In this document: positions 1-9,497 of the stretch, one piece after another | Position numbering within the stretch: position 1 is the first letter of the stretch | How the letters are laid out: the number at the start of each line of letters is the position of its first letter | Origin: Candidatus Aldehydirespiratoraceae bacterium | Lineage (GTDB): Bacteria; Actinomycetota; Acidimicrobiia; Acidimicrobiales; Aldehydirespiratoraceae | Assembly (NCBI GenBank): GCA_965198315.1 | Contig: OZ240616.1 | Location: 3,465,723 to 3,529,722, forward strand | Direction of reading: 5' to 3' | DNA length: 64,000 nt | The notes under the pieces: generated by a model | Databases searched by the model: none | What the model was told of the DNA's origin: nothing | Seen by the model: the letters and a program-made list of their open reading frames with translations, nothing else | Position numbers and translations under genes: made by a program

Positions 1-370
1 GCTTCGACAACTCATCGTCAACTTGCCCAGCAGATGTCTTCCCAGCAGCTCCGACCGCGACCGCGGCGTGCTCTGCTGTGATCGCGCCTCCAGCCAACGC
101 TTCAGCCAGTCTGGGCATCTCAGCGAGTCCAGCAGCAGTCTTAGCGACTGTGTTCGCGGCACGAGTCGACATGCGCCCCGCCTCACGCAACACCGTCTTG
201 GAGTTCACCCCGCCGTCATCGAGAGCTTCGATCTCAGTCGCGCACCGCGTCTGCAACGAACTCAACGCCGCTACAACCCGCCCAGCACCCGCCACCAGAC
301 ACTCCAACTCGCCACGGCAAAGCCCAGAAGTCACCACCTCCCGGGTCTGTTGGATCATCGAATCGAACAT
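1..370 (-). CDS. DUF222 / HNH endonuclease (13E12-repeat-like) family protein, N-terminal part; runs off the window
   Basis: Open frame from ATG at 370 to the window edge (not in the ORF track): MFDSMIQQTREVV...LAEMPRLAEALAGGAITAEHAAVAV, typical of the DUF222 N-terminus (P..AEALAAG.IT.EHA). Confidence 0.7.
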   Translation of the reverse strand, partial: MFDSMIQQTREVVTSGLCRGELECLVAGAGRVVAALSSLQTRCATEIEALDDGGVNSKTVLREAGRMSTRAANTVAKTAAGLAEMPRLAEALAGGAITAEHAAVAVGAAGKTSAGQVDDELSK

Positions 371-376
371 GACCAC

Positions 377-398
377 AACCTAGTCAAAGGGTATGACA
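377..398 (-). promoter_or_regulatory. PafBC / RecA-NDp-type DNA-damage promoter, leaderless
   Basis: Minus strand TGTCAT-N10-TAGGTT, then 6 nt to the ATG; close to the TGTCGG-N10-TA-N3-T consensus. Confidence 0.55.
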
Positions 399-674
399 CA
401 ACATGAAATAGATCATCTCAGCACCTCATAGACCCAGACCCGTTCAACTTCAAAGCCACAAACGCCCACAGACCGTGGCGACCCCAGCGGCATCACGCGC
501 CAACAACCTCACGCGACCCGACACCGTCCCGCCACGGCGAGCAATGGTCAGGTTGAATGCGCTGCTGGTGACCGACTCTATTTGCAGCACCGAGTTGATG
601 CGCCGGTTACCGCTTCAAGGATTTCCGATTAGGGTTCCGCGGGACACCAACTGCACGAATGCACGACGCGCCCT

Positions 675-2414
675 ATGAAGAAATCAACCGTCACGATTCT
701 GTTGCTAGGTCTGTTCAGTTCGCTCGTAGTAACGCCAATCCAGACTGCTGGTGCCACAGGCGGCTATGTGGATGTTCCCGAAGGGGCGTACTACGCCGAC
801 GCTGTGGAATGGTCGGTTGAGGCCAACATCACCGGCATCACCAGCGACTATTTCGCGCCTGCGCAGCCCTCCTCACGCGGCGAGACGGCGGTGTGGCTAT
901 GGCGAATGGCTGGACAACAAAACGCGCCCGCTCACACGTTCACTGATCTACCGACGTGGCAATCACCTGCAGTGGCTTGGCTGCTCGACGAGGGGATCAC
1001 GACCGGTACCTCTCCCACTACGTTCTCTCCGTCTCGCACTCTTACCAGGGCGGAACTCGCAGCGTTCTTGTGGCGCTTGGCTGGCGAACCAGCCGCGGCC
1101 CCGCACTCTTTCAACGACATTGTGAAAGCATGGCAACAAAACGCGGTGTCCTGGCTCGCCACATCAGGGATCACCACCGGTACCTCAGCAACCACGTTCT
1201 CGCCGGCCCGCACCTTGTCACGAGCGGAACTCATCACCTTCCTTTACCGCTACAGCCAGCGATATCCGAGCACAGATGATGCGGAGACTGCAACGGTTGA
1301 AGAAGAGCCTGTGACATCAACGACAACGACTGTCGCGCCGACGCAGGCGTCAACCATCACGGTACCTCCCGACGCTCCCTCGGGACGCTGCGCAAGCGAG
1401 ATACCAACCGGTGTGTACGACTGGGAGGATTGTGCATGGCGGAGCTATCGGGAAAACCCTGGATTCAACTATTCGTTGTCAGACACAGAAGCCGCGACGC
1501 TCATCGAGCAGATCTGGGAAGAGGTGGATGTCGCTAACAAACCCAGACGTCCCCCTACCAATTCGCTTGTCCCCGCAGGTACGGACTGCGCGACCAGCAC
1601 CGCCACCGGATTCACAATCGGTTGTTACGAATCGGACCGGCATCACATACGCCGCCTCGACGCTTTCCTCGACACGCTGCTCCATGAAGTCGCTCACGCC
1701 CTCGTTATTGGTGACCCCACAGTGGTCGACTGTGTCAACAGCAGCACCGATGACGACTACCAAGCGTGTGTCCACAACGACATCTTCCGTTGCGTAGCGG
1801 ATCACCTCTACGAAACCTACGCCAACGTCCCGTCAGCGGGAGTGTGCGGAACTGCACCAGCCACCACAACCACCGGTCCCGTCACAAACCCTGGGACCAC
1901 GACAACAGCTTGGGTTGCTCCTTCGCGTAGCTCCACCGGCGAGCTGCTCACTGCGGTGGACGCTGACTGGCACAACAGAGAGTATCCCTATGATAGGGAT
2001 TGGGCGAGTTTGGTGGTCAGGTGCTCCACCAGCGGTTACGTAGACGTGTACTTCGTAGTGGAATCAGGCTACCTAGCTGGGCCATGGGATCTGGACGACC
2101 GAATCCCCGTCGTCAACCGGTTCCTTCCTGTCGGATGGCTGTCCTTGAGCGACGCGGCGCGGGACGCGTGGACCGACAACAACCCCGTAAGCGGTGAGTA
2201 TTGGTATGAATCAACGGACAACAAAGGGGCTTGGCAACCATGGGATCAGGTTGAAGGGTTCATCAACTCTCTCGTTGATAACACACACGAGGGTGTTCTT
2301 ACGAACGTGTACCAGTTTGACGACACTTTGTTCGGAGGGTTTCACTTCCCCACCACCGGGTCGTATGACCACATCCGCACCGTCACCGAAGAATGCGGAT
2401 GGACGTGGAGCTAA
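675..2414 (+). CDS. Secreted S-layer homology (3x SLH) protein with HEXXH zinc-metallopeptidase-like domain and unknown C-terminal domain
   Basis: Signal peptide ending AGA; SLH repeats (GITTGTSPTTFSP..TLTRAELAAFLWR); Thr-rich linkers; TLLHEVAHAL motif. Confidence 0.85.
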   Translation: MKKSTVTILLLGLFSSLVVTPIQTAGATGGYVDVPEGAYYADAVEWSVEANITGITSDYFAPAQPSSRGETAVWLWRMAGQQNAPAHTFTDLPTWQSPAVAWLLDEGITTGTSPTTFSPSRTLTRAELAAFLWRLAGEPAAAPHSFNDIVKAWQQNAVSWLATSGITTGTSATTFSPARTLSRAELITFLYRYSQRYPSTDDAETATVEEEPVTSTTTTVAPTQASTITVPPDAPSGRCASEIPTGVYDWEDCAWRSYRENPGFNYSLSDTEAATLIEQIWEEVDVANKPRRPPTNSLVPAGTDCATSTATGFTIGCYESDRHHIRRLDAFLDTLLHEVAHALVIGDPTVVDCVNSSTDDDYQACVHNDIFRCVADHLYETYANVPSAGVCGTAPATTTTGPVTNPGTTTTAWVAPSRSSTGELLTAVDADWHNREYPYDRDWASLVVRCSTSGYVDVYFVVESGYLAGPWDLDDRIPVVNRFLPVGWLSLSDAARDAWTDNNPVSGEYWYESTDNKGAWQPWDQVEGFINSLVDNTHEGVLTNVYQFDDTLFGGFHFPTTGSYDHIRTVTEECGWTWS

Positions 2415-2418
2415 CGAA

Positions 2419-2570
2419 TGGGCTTCCCCCCGAATCGTGGAGACATCGTCTATGAGGAGATGTTATGTCACAACCACGACGCGGGTACGACCCGGAGTTA
2501 AACGCGGGCGCTATGCGGATCGTTCGACGCGGAGGCTGATCGCTGAGGTCGCTCGCTAGTTCGGAATCGC
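2419..2570 (+). mobile_element. Degenerate IS3-family remnant (left end plus start of orfA)
   Basis: TG-initiated end tgggcttccccccgaatcgtggagaca, RBS gaggag, ATG 2465 MSQPRRGYDPELNAGAMRIV, then frameshifted IAEVAR*FGI (HTH of IS3 OrfA). Confidence 0.65.
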
Positions 2571-2830
2571 CCACTACCAACCCGAGACTGGCTCAAGTTC
2601 CATATCCCCATCGCCGTCTGGGTCGATCAGACGCCATCCGCAGCGCCGAGCGAGAAGTTCTCGCCTTTCATCGGGGCCGCTGGCAATCAATTCGTCCCCC
2701 GCCACGAGACGAGTGCGGCCACTGGGCCGATAAACGTATTGGCCGCCGCGCCGGAGATTGCGGTCTAGCGAAGCCTTCTACTCGTCCATTCCCATTTGCC
2801 CGTTGGAGTTCGAGCCGTCAAGCTAAGAGC

Positions 2831-4048
2831 ATGGCCGACAATTACACGGTGATTTCTGCTGATACCCACGCAGGTGCCAGCCACAGCGCATACCGCGAAT
2901 ATCTCGACTCCGCCTGGCATGAGGAGTTCGATGCTTGGCGCGGACGCTACAAGAACCCCTACAAGGACCTGGGCGACAATCGGCGACTGCGCAACTGGGA
3001 CAACGACATGCGCAACACCACACAACTCGGCGAGGGCGTCGTCGGCGAGGTCATCTTCCCCAACACGGTGCCCCCGTTCTTCCCCAGCTTCGTGCTCTTC
3101 GCCCAGCCCCCGAAACCCGAAGAATACGAGCGACGGCGAGCCGGCATCCACGCTCACAACCGCTGGCTCAAGGACTTCTGCGACGAGTTCCCCGAGCGAC
3201 GAGCGGGTGTCGGCCAGATCTTCTTGAACGATGTCGACGACGCCATAGAGGACGTCAAGTGGATCAAGGAGAACGGGTTGCGCGGCGGGATCCTGCTCCC
3301 CAACATCGCCCCCGACGTCAAATGGGTGAAGCCGCTGTACGACCCGGTCCATGACCCCCTCTGGGAAGTCATCGAAGACCTCGAAGTGCCGGTCAACATG
3401 CATTCGGGGACCGGCAATCCCGATTACGGCAAATACCCGATATCAATGCTCCTCTACATCAACGAAGTCGGCTTCTACACGCAACGCCCGCTGGTCCACA
3501 TGATCATGGGTGCGGTTTTCGAGCGCTTCGAGCGCCTCAACTTCATCCTCACCGAGATCGGCAGCGCCTGGATCCCGCCGCTGTTGAAACAGCTCGACGC
3601 CACCATCAAGACCATCCGCGCCACCGGCGAGACCGGGGAGATCAAATACGACAAGGGCGTGCTGCCATCAATGCTGGCAACCGAGATGTTCACCCGGAAC
3701 TGCTGGGTGGGGGTATCGGGCCCGAGCCGGGCCGACATCGAGTGCCGCCACGAGGTCGGATTGGACCATTTCATGTGGGGCAGCGACTACCCCCACGACG
3801 AGGGCACCAGCCCCCACACACGCGAGCACCTGCGGCGCCGTTTCGCAGCCCTCGACGAGGACGAATGCCGTCAGATGCTCGCCGGCAACGCCGCTAGACT
3901 CTACGGTTTCGACCTCGACGCGCTCGCCCCGCTGGCAGCTGAGCACGGCCCCTCATTCGAGGAGCTTCACACCCCGGTCGAGACACGGGAGCGTTCTCTG
4001 CTAGCCGGCGCCAAACTGAGCTCCGATATGGACGCAGCCGCCCTGTGA
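2831..4048 (+). CDS. Amidohydrolase family protein (Amidohydro_2)
   Basis: ISADTHAG N-terminus, PVNMHSG, MWGSDYPHDEGT, NAARLYGFD motifs. Confidence 0.9.
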   Translation: MADNYTVISADTHAGASHSAYREYLDSAWHEEFDAWRGRYKNPYKDLGDNRRLRNWDNDMRNTTQLGEGVVGEVIFPNTVPPFFPSFVLFAQPPKPEEYERRRAGIHAHNRWLKDFCDEFPERRAGVGQIFLNDVDDAIEDVKWIKENGLRGGILLPNIAPDVKWVKPLYDPVHDPLWEVIEDLEVPVNMHSGTGNPDYGKYPISMLLYINEVGFYTQRPLVHMIMGAVFERFERLNFILTEIGSAWIPPLLKQLDATIKTIRATGETGEIKYDKGVLPSMLATEMFTRNCWVGVSGPSRADIECRHEVGLDHFMWGSDYPHDEGTSPHTREHLRRRFAALDEDECRQMLAGNAARLYGFDLDALAPLAAEHGPSFEELHTPVETRERSLLAGAKLSSDMDAAAL

Positions 4049-4081
4049 CCGCTGCGCGGTGATCGCTGAGCGAACCGTCGT

Positions 4082-5974
4082 CTAGTTCGAGCCGTTGGAA
4101 CCCGCAGACGCAGGGACTCCCGCGGCCCACATTCTCGCGAAGTATCCGTCGGCGGCGATGAGTTCAGAGCGGGTGCCCGTTTCGGCCACCCCACCATCGG
4201 CGATCACCACAATGCGGTCGGCGCGCATTGTGGTTTGCAGTCGGTGGGCGATGATCACCGCGGTGCGGCCCGCCAGCACCACGTCGAGCGCCGCCTCGAC
4301 TGCCTGCTCGGTGCGCAGGTCAAGCGACGACGTCGCCTCGTCGAGAACCAGCAGGCGGGGCTGCGAAAGGAAAGCCCTGGCCAGCGCAAGCAGTTGCCGC
4401 TCACCCGCGGAGAGGGAGACGCCCCGCTCATGGCAGGGGGTGTCTAGCCCATCGGGCAGCCTTTCAAGCAGACGGCTGAGTCCGACCTGTTGACAGGCGT
4501 CGATCAAGGCTTCGTCGTGCACCCCACGGCATCCCAACAACAGGTTGTCCCGGATCGAACCGGCGAACAGGAACGGCTCCTGGGGGACGACACCGATCTG
4601 AGAGCGCAACGACTCGACGGTGACGTCCCGCAAGTCGTGCCCGTCGATGGTCACGGTCCCAACCCGCGGGTCGTAGAACCGGTTCAGCAGTTTGGCGATC
4701 GTCGACTTCCCTGCACCGGTCGGGCCGACCACGGCAATCGTCTCGCCCGGTTTGAACTCCAGGTTCACATCGGAGACCACCGGGTCGTCATCGTCGTAGC
4801 CGAAGGTCACGTCCTCGAGCCGGATATGGCCCTCGACCGCCGGCAGCTCATAGGCGTCGGGCGACTCGACCACACTCGGCTCGGTTCCGAACACCTCCCT
4901 CAGCTTCACCACCGAAGCACGGGCCTGCTGATAGATGTTGTAGAGGCCGACGAGTTCGGTGATCGGCGCGAAGAAGGCTGCCACGTAGAGCAGAAAGGCG
5001 CTCAACTCCCCGATCGTCACACGACCGTCGAGGACCAGCTTGCCGCCGACCACCAGCAGGATCATCTGCGACAGCGGACCCATCGCCTCGGCTCCCGGTC
5101 CGTACACGCCGTTGAGGAAGGCCGTTCGGTCGTTGGCGTCGAGGTACTCGCCCGCTTCGTTCTGATGCTCCACCACCACCCGCTCGCGGCGGTTGTGCGC
5201 GGTGACGATGCGGATTCCGGCAAGGCTCTCCTGCAGATGCGCCAGCACGTTGGCGATGGTGTCCCGTACTCGAATCTGTGCCAGTTGCGCCTGATGCCGA
5301 TACCACAGCGACATCAACAGCGTGCCGGGCACGACGACTACCAGAGTGATGACCGCCAACAGCGGATTGAGGACGAACAGCACCACAGTGATCGCAACGA
5401 GGGTCACCCCCTGCACCGCGAGTTGAACCAGGCCCTGCTGAAACAGTTGCTGCAGCGGTTCAAGGTCGCTGGTCATCCGGCTGAGCAGCCGGCCGGGGCG
5501 CTCGTTGGCGTAGTACTCGACACTGAGCCGCTGGAAGTGGGAGAACAGCGAGACGCGCAGCTTCGCCATGATGGTGGCGCCGACACGGCCCGCGGCCATC
5601 GTCTTGAGCGCCCCGATGGCGATCGACACCGGCACCAACAGACCGAAGATCACACCCATGGTGATGACCAGACCCCGGTCACCGGCTCGGATCCCGTCGT
5701 CGATCGTTATCTGCAACAGCACCGGACCGGCCTGACTGATCACGGCCTCCAGAGCAACCAGCAGGAACACTCCGAGCAGCGCCGCGCTGAAGGGCCGCAG
5801 AAAGTGCCGCATGGAGAACACATGGCGGTCGTAGCGACTGTGACTGAACGGCGGAGGGACTTCTGCTACTTCGGGAGGCCCCTCATCCATATAAGCCTCA
5901 ACTTGAGCTTGGACCTCCGGCGGTACGCCCGAGAATCCTGTGTCGGCGATCCCGCCCCATCCGGCCATGCTCAT
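4082..5974 (-). CDS. ABC exporter ATP-binding/permease subunit (heterodimer partner 2)
   Basis: Six TM segments; Walker A GPTGAGKST; degenerate signature LSAGERQ; LDEATS; translationally coupled to the upstream ABC gene. Confidence 0.93.
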   Translation of the reverse strand: MSMAGWGGIADTGFSGVPPEVQAQVEAYMDEGPPEVAEVPPPFSHSRYDRHVFSMRHFLRPFSAALLGVFLLVALEAVISQAGPVLLQITIDDGIRAGDRGLVITMGVIFGLLVPVSIAIGALKTMAAGRVGATIMAKLRVSLFSHFQRLSVEYYANERPGRLLSRMTSDLEPLQQLFQQGLVQLAVQGVTLVAITVVLFVLNPLLAVITLVVVVPGTLLMSLWYRHQAQLAQIRVRDTIANVLAHLQESLAGIRIVTAHNRRERVVVEHQNEAGEYLDANDRTAFLNGVYGPGAEAMGPLSQMILLVVGGKLVLDGRVTIGELSAFLLYVAAFFAPITELVGLYNIYQQARASVVKLREVFGTEPSVVESPDAYELPAVEGHIRLEDVTFGYDDDDPVVSDVNLEFKPGETIAVVGPTGAGKSTIAKLLNRFYDPRVGTVTIDGHDLRDVTVESLRSQIGVVPQEPFLFAGSIRDNLLLGCRGVHDEALIDACQQVGLSRLLERLPDGLDTPCHERGVSLSAGERQLLALARAFLSQPRLLVLDEATSSLDLRTEQAVEAALDVVLAGRTAVIIAHRLQTTMRADRIVVIADGGVAETGTRSELIAADGYFARMWAAGVPASAGSNGSN

Positions 5975-7842
5975 GGTCCGGCCTCCGCTGCGAGCGCGTG
6001 TTTGTCGTCGGCCTCGGAATCACCGGGCGACTCGTCATCGCTGGGTGACTCATCATCGAAGTGCTCCAGAAGGGCACCGTATTTCGGCTCGTCCACCAGC
6101 AGGTCCGCGTGGGTTCCGCTGGCCACGACCTGGCCGTGTTCAAGCAGCACCACCCGGTCCGCGAGGGCGATCGTCGACAATCGGTGGGCGATCACGATCA
6201 CTGTTCGGTCGACCATCGCCTGTCGAAGTGCCGAGTGGATCCTCTCCTCGACTCCGGCGTCTATGGCGCTGGTAGCGTCGTCGAGCACCAGGATCTGAGG
6301 GTCGTGCAACAAGGCCCGGGCCAACGAGATCCGCTGACGCTGGCCTCCCGACAGGGTGTATCCCCGCTCGCCGAGAACCTCGTCGAATCCGTGCTCCAAG
6401 TCTTCGATGAACTCCAGGGCCTGCGCTGCCAGCGCGGCCGCGCGCACCGACTCGTCTGAAGCAGTCGGATCGGCGAAGGCGATGTTGTCCCGAACCGACA
6501 TCGAGAACAGGAAGGGGTCGTCGAGCACCACCCCCACCGTGCGACGCAGACTGTCGAGCTTCGCGCTGCGGATATCAATCCCGTCAATCGACACCGACCC
6601 GCCACGCAGGTCATAGAACCGAGGCAGAAGCCGGGCCACCGTGGACTTGCCAGAAGCGGTCTCGCCAACGATGGCCACGGTCTCGCCCGGCTCGATATCG
6701 AGGCTGAAATCGCGCAGGACGTCGTGATCAGCGCCATAGCCGAATCGCACATCACGAAACTCGACCCGGCCCGGCCCGCCGTCGATATCCACGGCGTCGG
6801 GTGCCTCAACCACATCGATCGGCTGATCGAAGATCTCATAAACCCGCAACGCTGAGGCCTTGGCTCGCTGACCCATCTGGATCAGGTGGCCGATGAACCG
6901 GAAAGGGACCTGCAGAATCATCACGTAAGCGCTGAAGGCGATCAGCGCGCCGATCCCGATCTGCTCCTGCTCCGCCAAGAGTCCCCCATACAGCAGCACC
7001 ACAACAAGGCCGATGCGGGGCAGGTGCTCGAGCGCGGGAATGTAACGCGCCGACACATCGGCACCCTTCACCTGCGCCCAGCGGAGTTGATCGGCAACCC
7101 CTGCCATCCGGCGGACCTCGTGGCGTTCACCGGCGAAACTCTTCACCACACGCACACCGGCGATGTTCTCTTCGGTGAGCGTCGCCACATCGGCTTGGCG
7201 GGCCATCACCAACCACCACACCGGCAACTGGGGATGGCGGCTCTTGAGCCCGATGTAGGCAACCACAGGGACCGGCAGAACCGTGACCAGCGTCAAAGGA
7301 ACGCTGACCGCCAACATCAGTACTAGGGCGAACACCAAAGACGCCAACGACAGCATCATGAACGGTCCGAAGTTCAGGAACAGCTGCACGGCACGGATGT
7401 CGCCGTTGGCCCTCGCCAGGAGCTGGCCGGTCTCGCTGGTGTCGTAGAACGATGCTGAGAGCCGCGAGAGGTGGTCGAACACCGCGTGCCGCAGAGCAGT
7501 CTCGACCCGGAAGGCAACCTTGAACATCTGCACCCGCGCGGCGTAGCCGCTGGCGAATCCGATGACCGTCAAACCGGCCAGAGTCCAGGCATACGGGGCG
7601 ATCGGGCCTGACTGCTCGTCAAGCGCATTGTCCACCGCCAGCATCAGGACCGCGGGGATGACCGTGCGAACCAGCATCCCGATCGCGGTGCCTCCAACAG
7701 AAACGGCCATTCCCATCTTCATCGGCGCGACCACGGGCCACAAACGGCGCAGCCAGCCTTTGGAGGCGTTAGGACTGGGGCGACCCTGAGGGGTGACGTA
7801 GCGGGCCAGTTGCGGTGTGGCTACGGGTTCAACAGCAGTCAT
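5971..7842 (-). CDS. ABC exporter ATP-binding/permease subunit (heterodimer partner 1)
   Basis: TM domain; GETASGKST; LSGGQRQ; degenerate Walker B LDDATS; typical asymmetric heterodimeric exporter. Confidence 0.93.
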   Translation of the reverse strand: MTAVEPVATPQLARYVTPQGRPSPNASKGWLRRLWPVVAPMKMGMAVSVGGTAIGMLVRTVIPAVLMLAVDNALDEQSGPIAPYAWTLAGLTVIGFASGYAARVQMFKVAFRVETALRHAVFDHLSRLSASFYDTSETGQLLARANGDIRAVQLFLNFGPFMMLSLASLVFALVLMLAVSVPLTLVTVLPVPVVAYIGLKSRHPQLPVWWLVMARQADVATLTEENIAGVRVVKSFAGERHEVRRMAGVADQLRWAQVKGADVSARYIPALEHLPRIGLVVVLLYGGLLAEQEQIGIGALIAFSAYVMILQVPFRFIGHLIQMGQRAKASALRVYEIFDQPIDVVEAPDAVDIDGGPGRVEFRDVRFGYGADHDVLRDFSLDIEPGETVAIVGETASGKSTVARLLPRFYDLRGGSVSIDGIDIRSAKLDSLRRTVGVVLDDPFLFSMSVRDNIAFADPTASDESVRAAALAAQALEFIEDLEHGFDEVLGERGYTLSGGQRQRISLARALLHDPQILVLDDATSAIDAGVEERIHSALRQAMVDRTVIVIAHRLSTIALADRVVLLEHGQVVASGTHADLLVDEPKYGALLEHFDDESPSDDESPGDSEADDKHALAAEAGP

Positions 7843-7897
7843 CGCTTACAATGTCGGAGTCACAGCCGAAGCGCACAACATCACCAATACCATTGAT

Positions 7898-7927
7898 TGA
7901 GCGTGAAACCTGCATTCTGAGTCTCGC
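7898..7927 (+). repeat. Direct repeat copy A: relic 5' end of the 9498 gene
   Basis: tgagcgtgaaacctgcattctgagtctcgc, identical to 9499-9529 except one missing T. Confidence 0.9.
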
Positions 7928-8040
7928 GGGAAGAGCCGCATCTCTGCTAGCGTCTGGCTGCAGACATATGTCATCAAGATCAGGGTGCGCGAAATGATCT
8001 TGAGGAACCTTGAATTCGTCAACAATCCTGAGGGGTCGGA

Positions 8041-9477
8041 ATGCTCACGCGAATCGAGAATCAGTTCGAGCCGATGACCTCAACCTGGGGACAGCAATGG
8101 CTTGTCCGCCTGCGGACCGCCCTCGGAACCCTGTTGACGCTGAATTTTGTCGTGCTGTGGGCTGGCCCGTTCGTGATTCAAGGTCAGCTCTACAGACAAG
8201 GCTTGCATCGCGTATTGCGTCCCGTGCACCGTTTTCTGGACGGCTCACCCGCCCTACGGCGTTTCGCCGCCAAGCACATTTATCGCCGACCGGCACACGT
8301 CGACTATTTCGCAACGACGATTCTCTTTGTGTTCGCCTTCCTCGTGCCTCTCGGCGGCATATTCGCGCTGCAGATCGTCACCAAGTCGCTGCCGTGGTAC
8401 GTGGTCATTGCCTACTACTTCGTCTGGGTTGGACCGGGCGCGCGGTGTGTGGCGGCCGCATATACGTTCGCGCATCGTGAGGGACATTTGCCCGGCGGAA
8501 GGATGTACCGTCCTCGGATCGGGAACCGGGTTGGGAACGTTTTTGAGAACTGGATCGGCCCCTGGTACGGCACAGTCCCGTACAATTTCTCGACTTCCCA
8601 CCTCTTCCTGCATCACCGATTGAACGGTGGCAAGGGAGACCCGGTCTACCTATGGGACATTGACCGGACGAATTTCTGGGACCTAACGCGATACCAGTGG
8701 CGGTTCTTCCGATATATGACCGGCATCAGCAGCCTCGTGGAGTTTCGACGTGAGCGAGGAGTTCTGCCGGCTGTGGACCGGGCGCGCCGGACATTGATTC
8801 GAGGCATGGTCATCTACTGGGTTCTTGTGCCGGCAATCATTCTCACGCTATTGACGGCGACAGGGTCCAGCCTCTCCTCGGCTCTGCTCTTCCTGTTGCT
8901 CATTTACTTTCAACCCCTGTGCGCCATGTCCTCCTTCCTTTCGCTCATGAACCTCGGGTGGCATGGATTCCTCGAATTCGACGAAGCCGGACGGCATGTG
9001 AAACATGTAACCTCGGGGACGATTCTCGACGGGCCCGACGATTCCTACGGCGAGGACTACCACGTTGCCCATCATCATTTTCCCAGCATTGGTCACGACA
9101 GGCTGACCGAACACGTGGAGGCCGAACGGCAAGAATGGGGACGTTGCCATGGTTCGGTCTTTGAGAACACCACGATCCTGGAACTGGCTGTCATGATGAT
9201 TCTCGGCAGATTCGACTTCCTCATCCGCAACCACTACGTGGACTACTCGGAGGGGAACCTGTCCCAGGACGATCTCGCAGACTTGTTCGAACGTCGGGCG
9301 CAGCGCAAGGAGATGAGCTACGAGGAGTACGAGTTCGGTTATCTTCCGCGCTTGAGGGAGTCGGCTGAGGAACTCGTGAGCAGCGGAGTGTGCGTCAACG
9401 AGAACAGTGCGTACGTGTATCAAGCTCACCGCAACCTCCAGCGCGATCTGAGACTGCCGGCAGACACGTCTGCATAG
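8041..9477 (+). CDS. Membrane fatty-acid desaturase/hydroxylase superfamily protein
   Basis: Three His boxes HREGH, HLFLHH, YHVAHHH with intervening TM helices; RBS-like gagggg upstream. Confidence 0.8.
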   Translation: MLTRIENQFEPMTSTWGQQWLVRLRTALGTLLTLNFVVLWAGPFVIQGQLYRQGLHRVLRPVHRFLDGSPALRRFAAKHIYRRPAHVDYFATTILFVFAFLVPLGGIFALQIVTKSLPWYVVIAYYFVWVGPGARCVAAAYTFAHREGHLPGGRMYRPRIGNRVGNVFENWIGPWYGTVPYNFSTSHLFLHHRLNGGKGDPVYLWDIDRTNFWDLTRYQWRFFRYMTGISSLVEFRRERGVLPAVDRARRTLIRGMVIYWVLVPAIILTLLTATGSSLSSALLFLLLIYFQPLCAMSSFLSLMNLGWHGFLEFDEAGRHVKHVTSGTILDGPDDSYGEDYHVAHHHFPSIGHDRLTEHVEAERQEWGRCHGSVFENTTILELAVMMILGRFDFLIRNHYVDYSEGNLSQDDLADLFERRAQRKEMSYEEYEFGYLPRLRESAEELVSSGVCVNENSAYVYQAHRNLQRDLRLPADTSA

Positions 9478-9497
9478 CTGAGGAGCTTGCCCCAAGC

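Noticed and set aside
4490-6298. 602-aa plus-strand ORF and other long antisense ORFs (e.g. 17068-18024, 21761-23083, 32180-33232, 43391-44650, 53252-54403)
   Set aside because: Shadow ORFs opposite well-supported genes, expected in high-GC DNA; no recognisable motifs.
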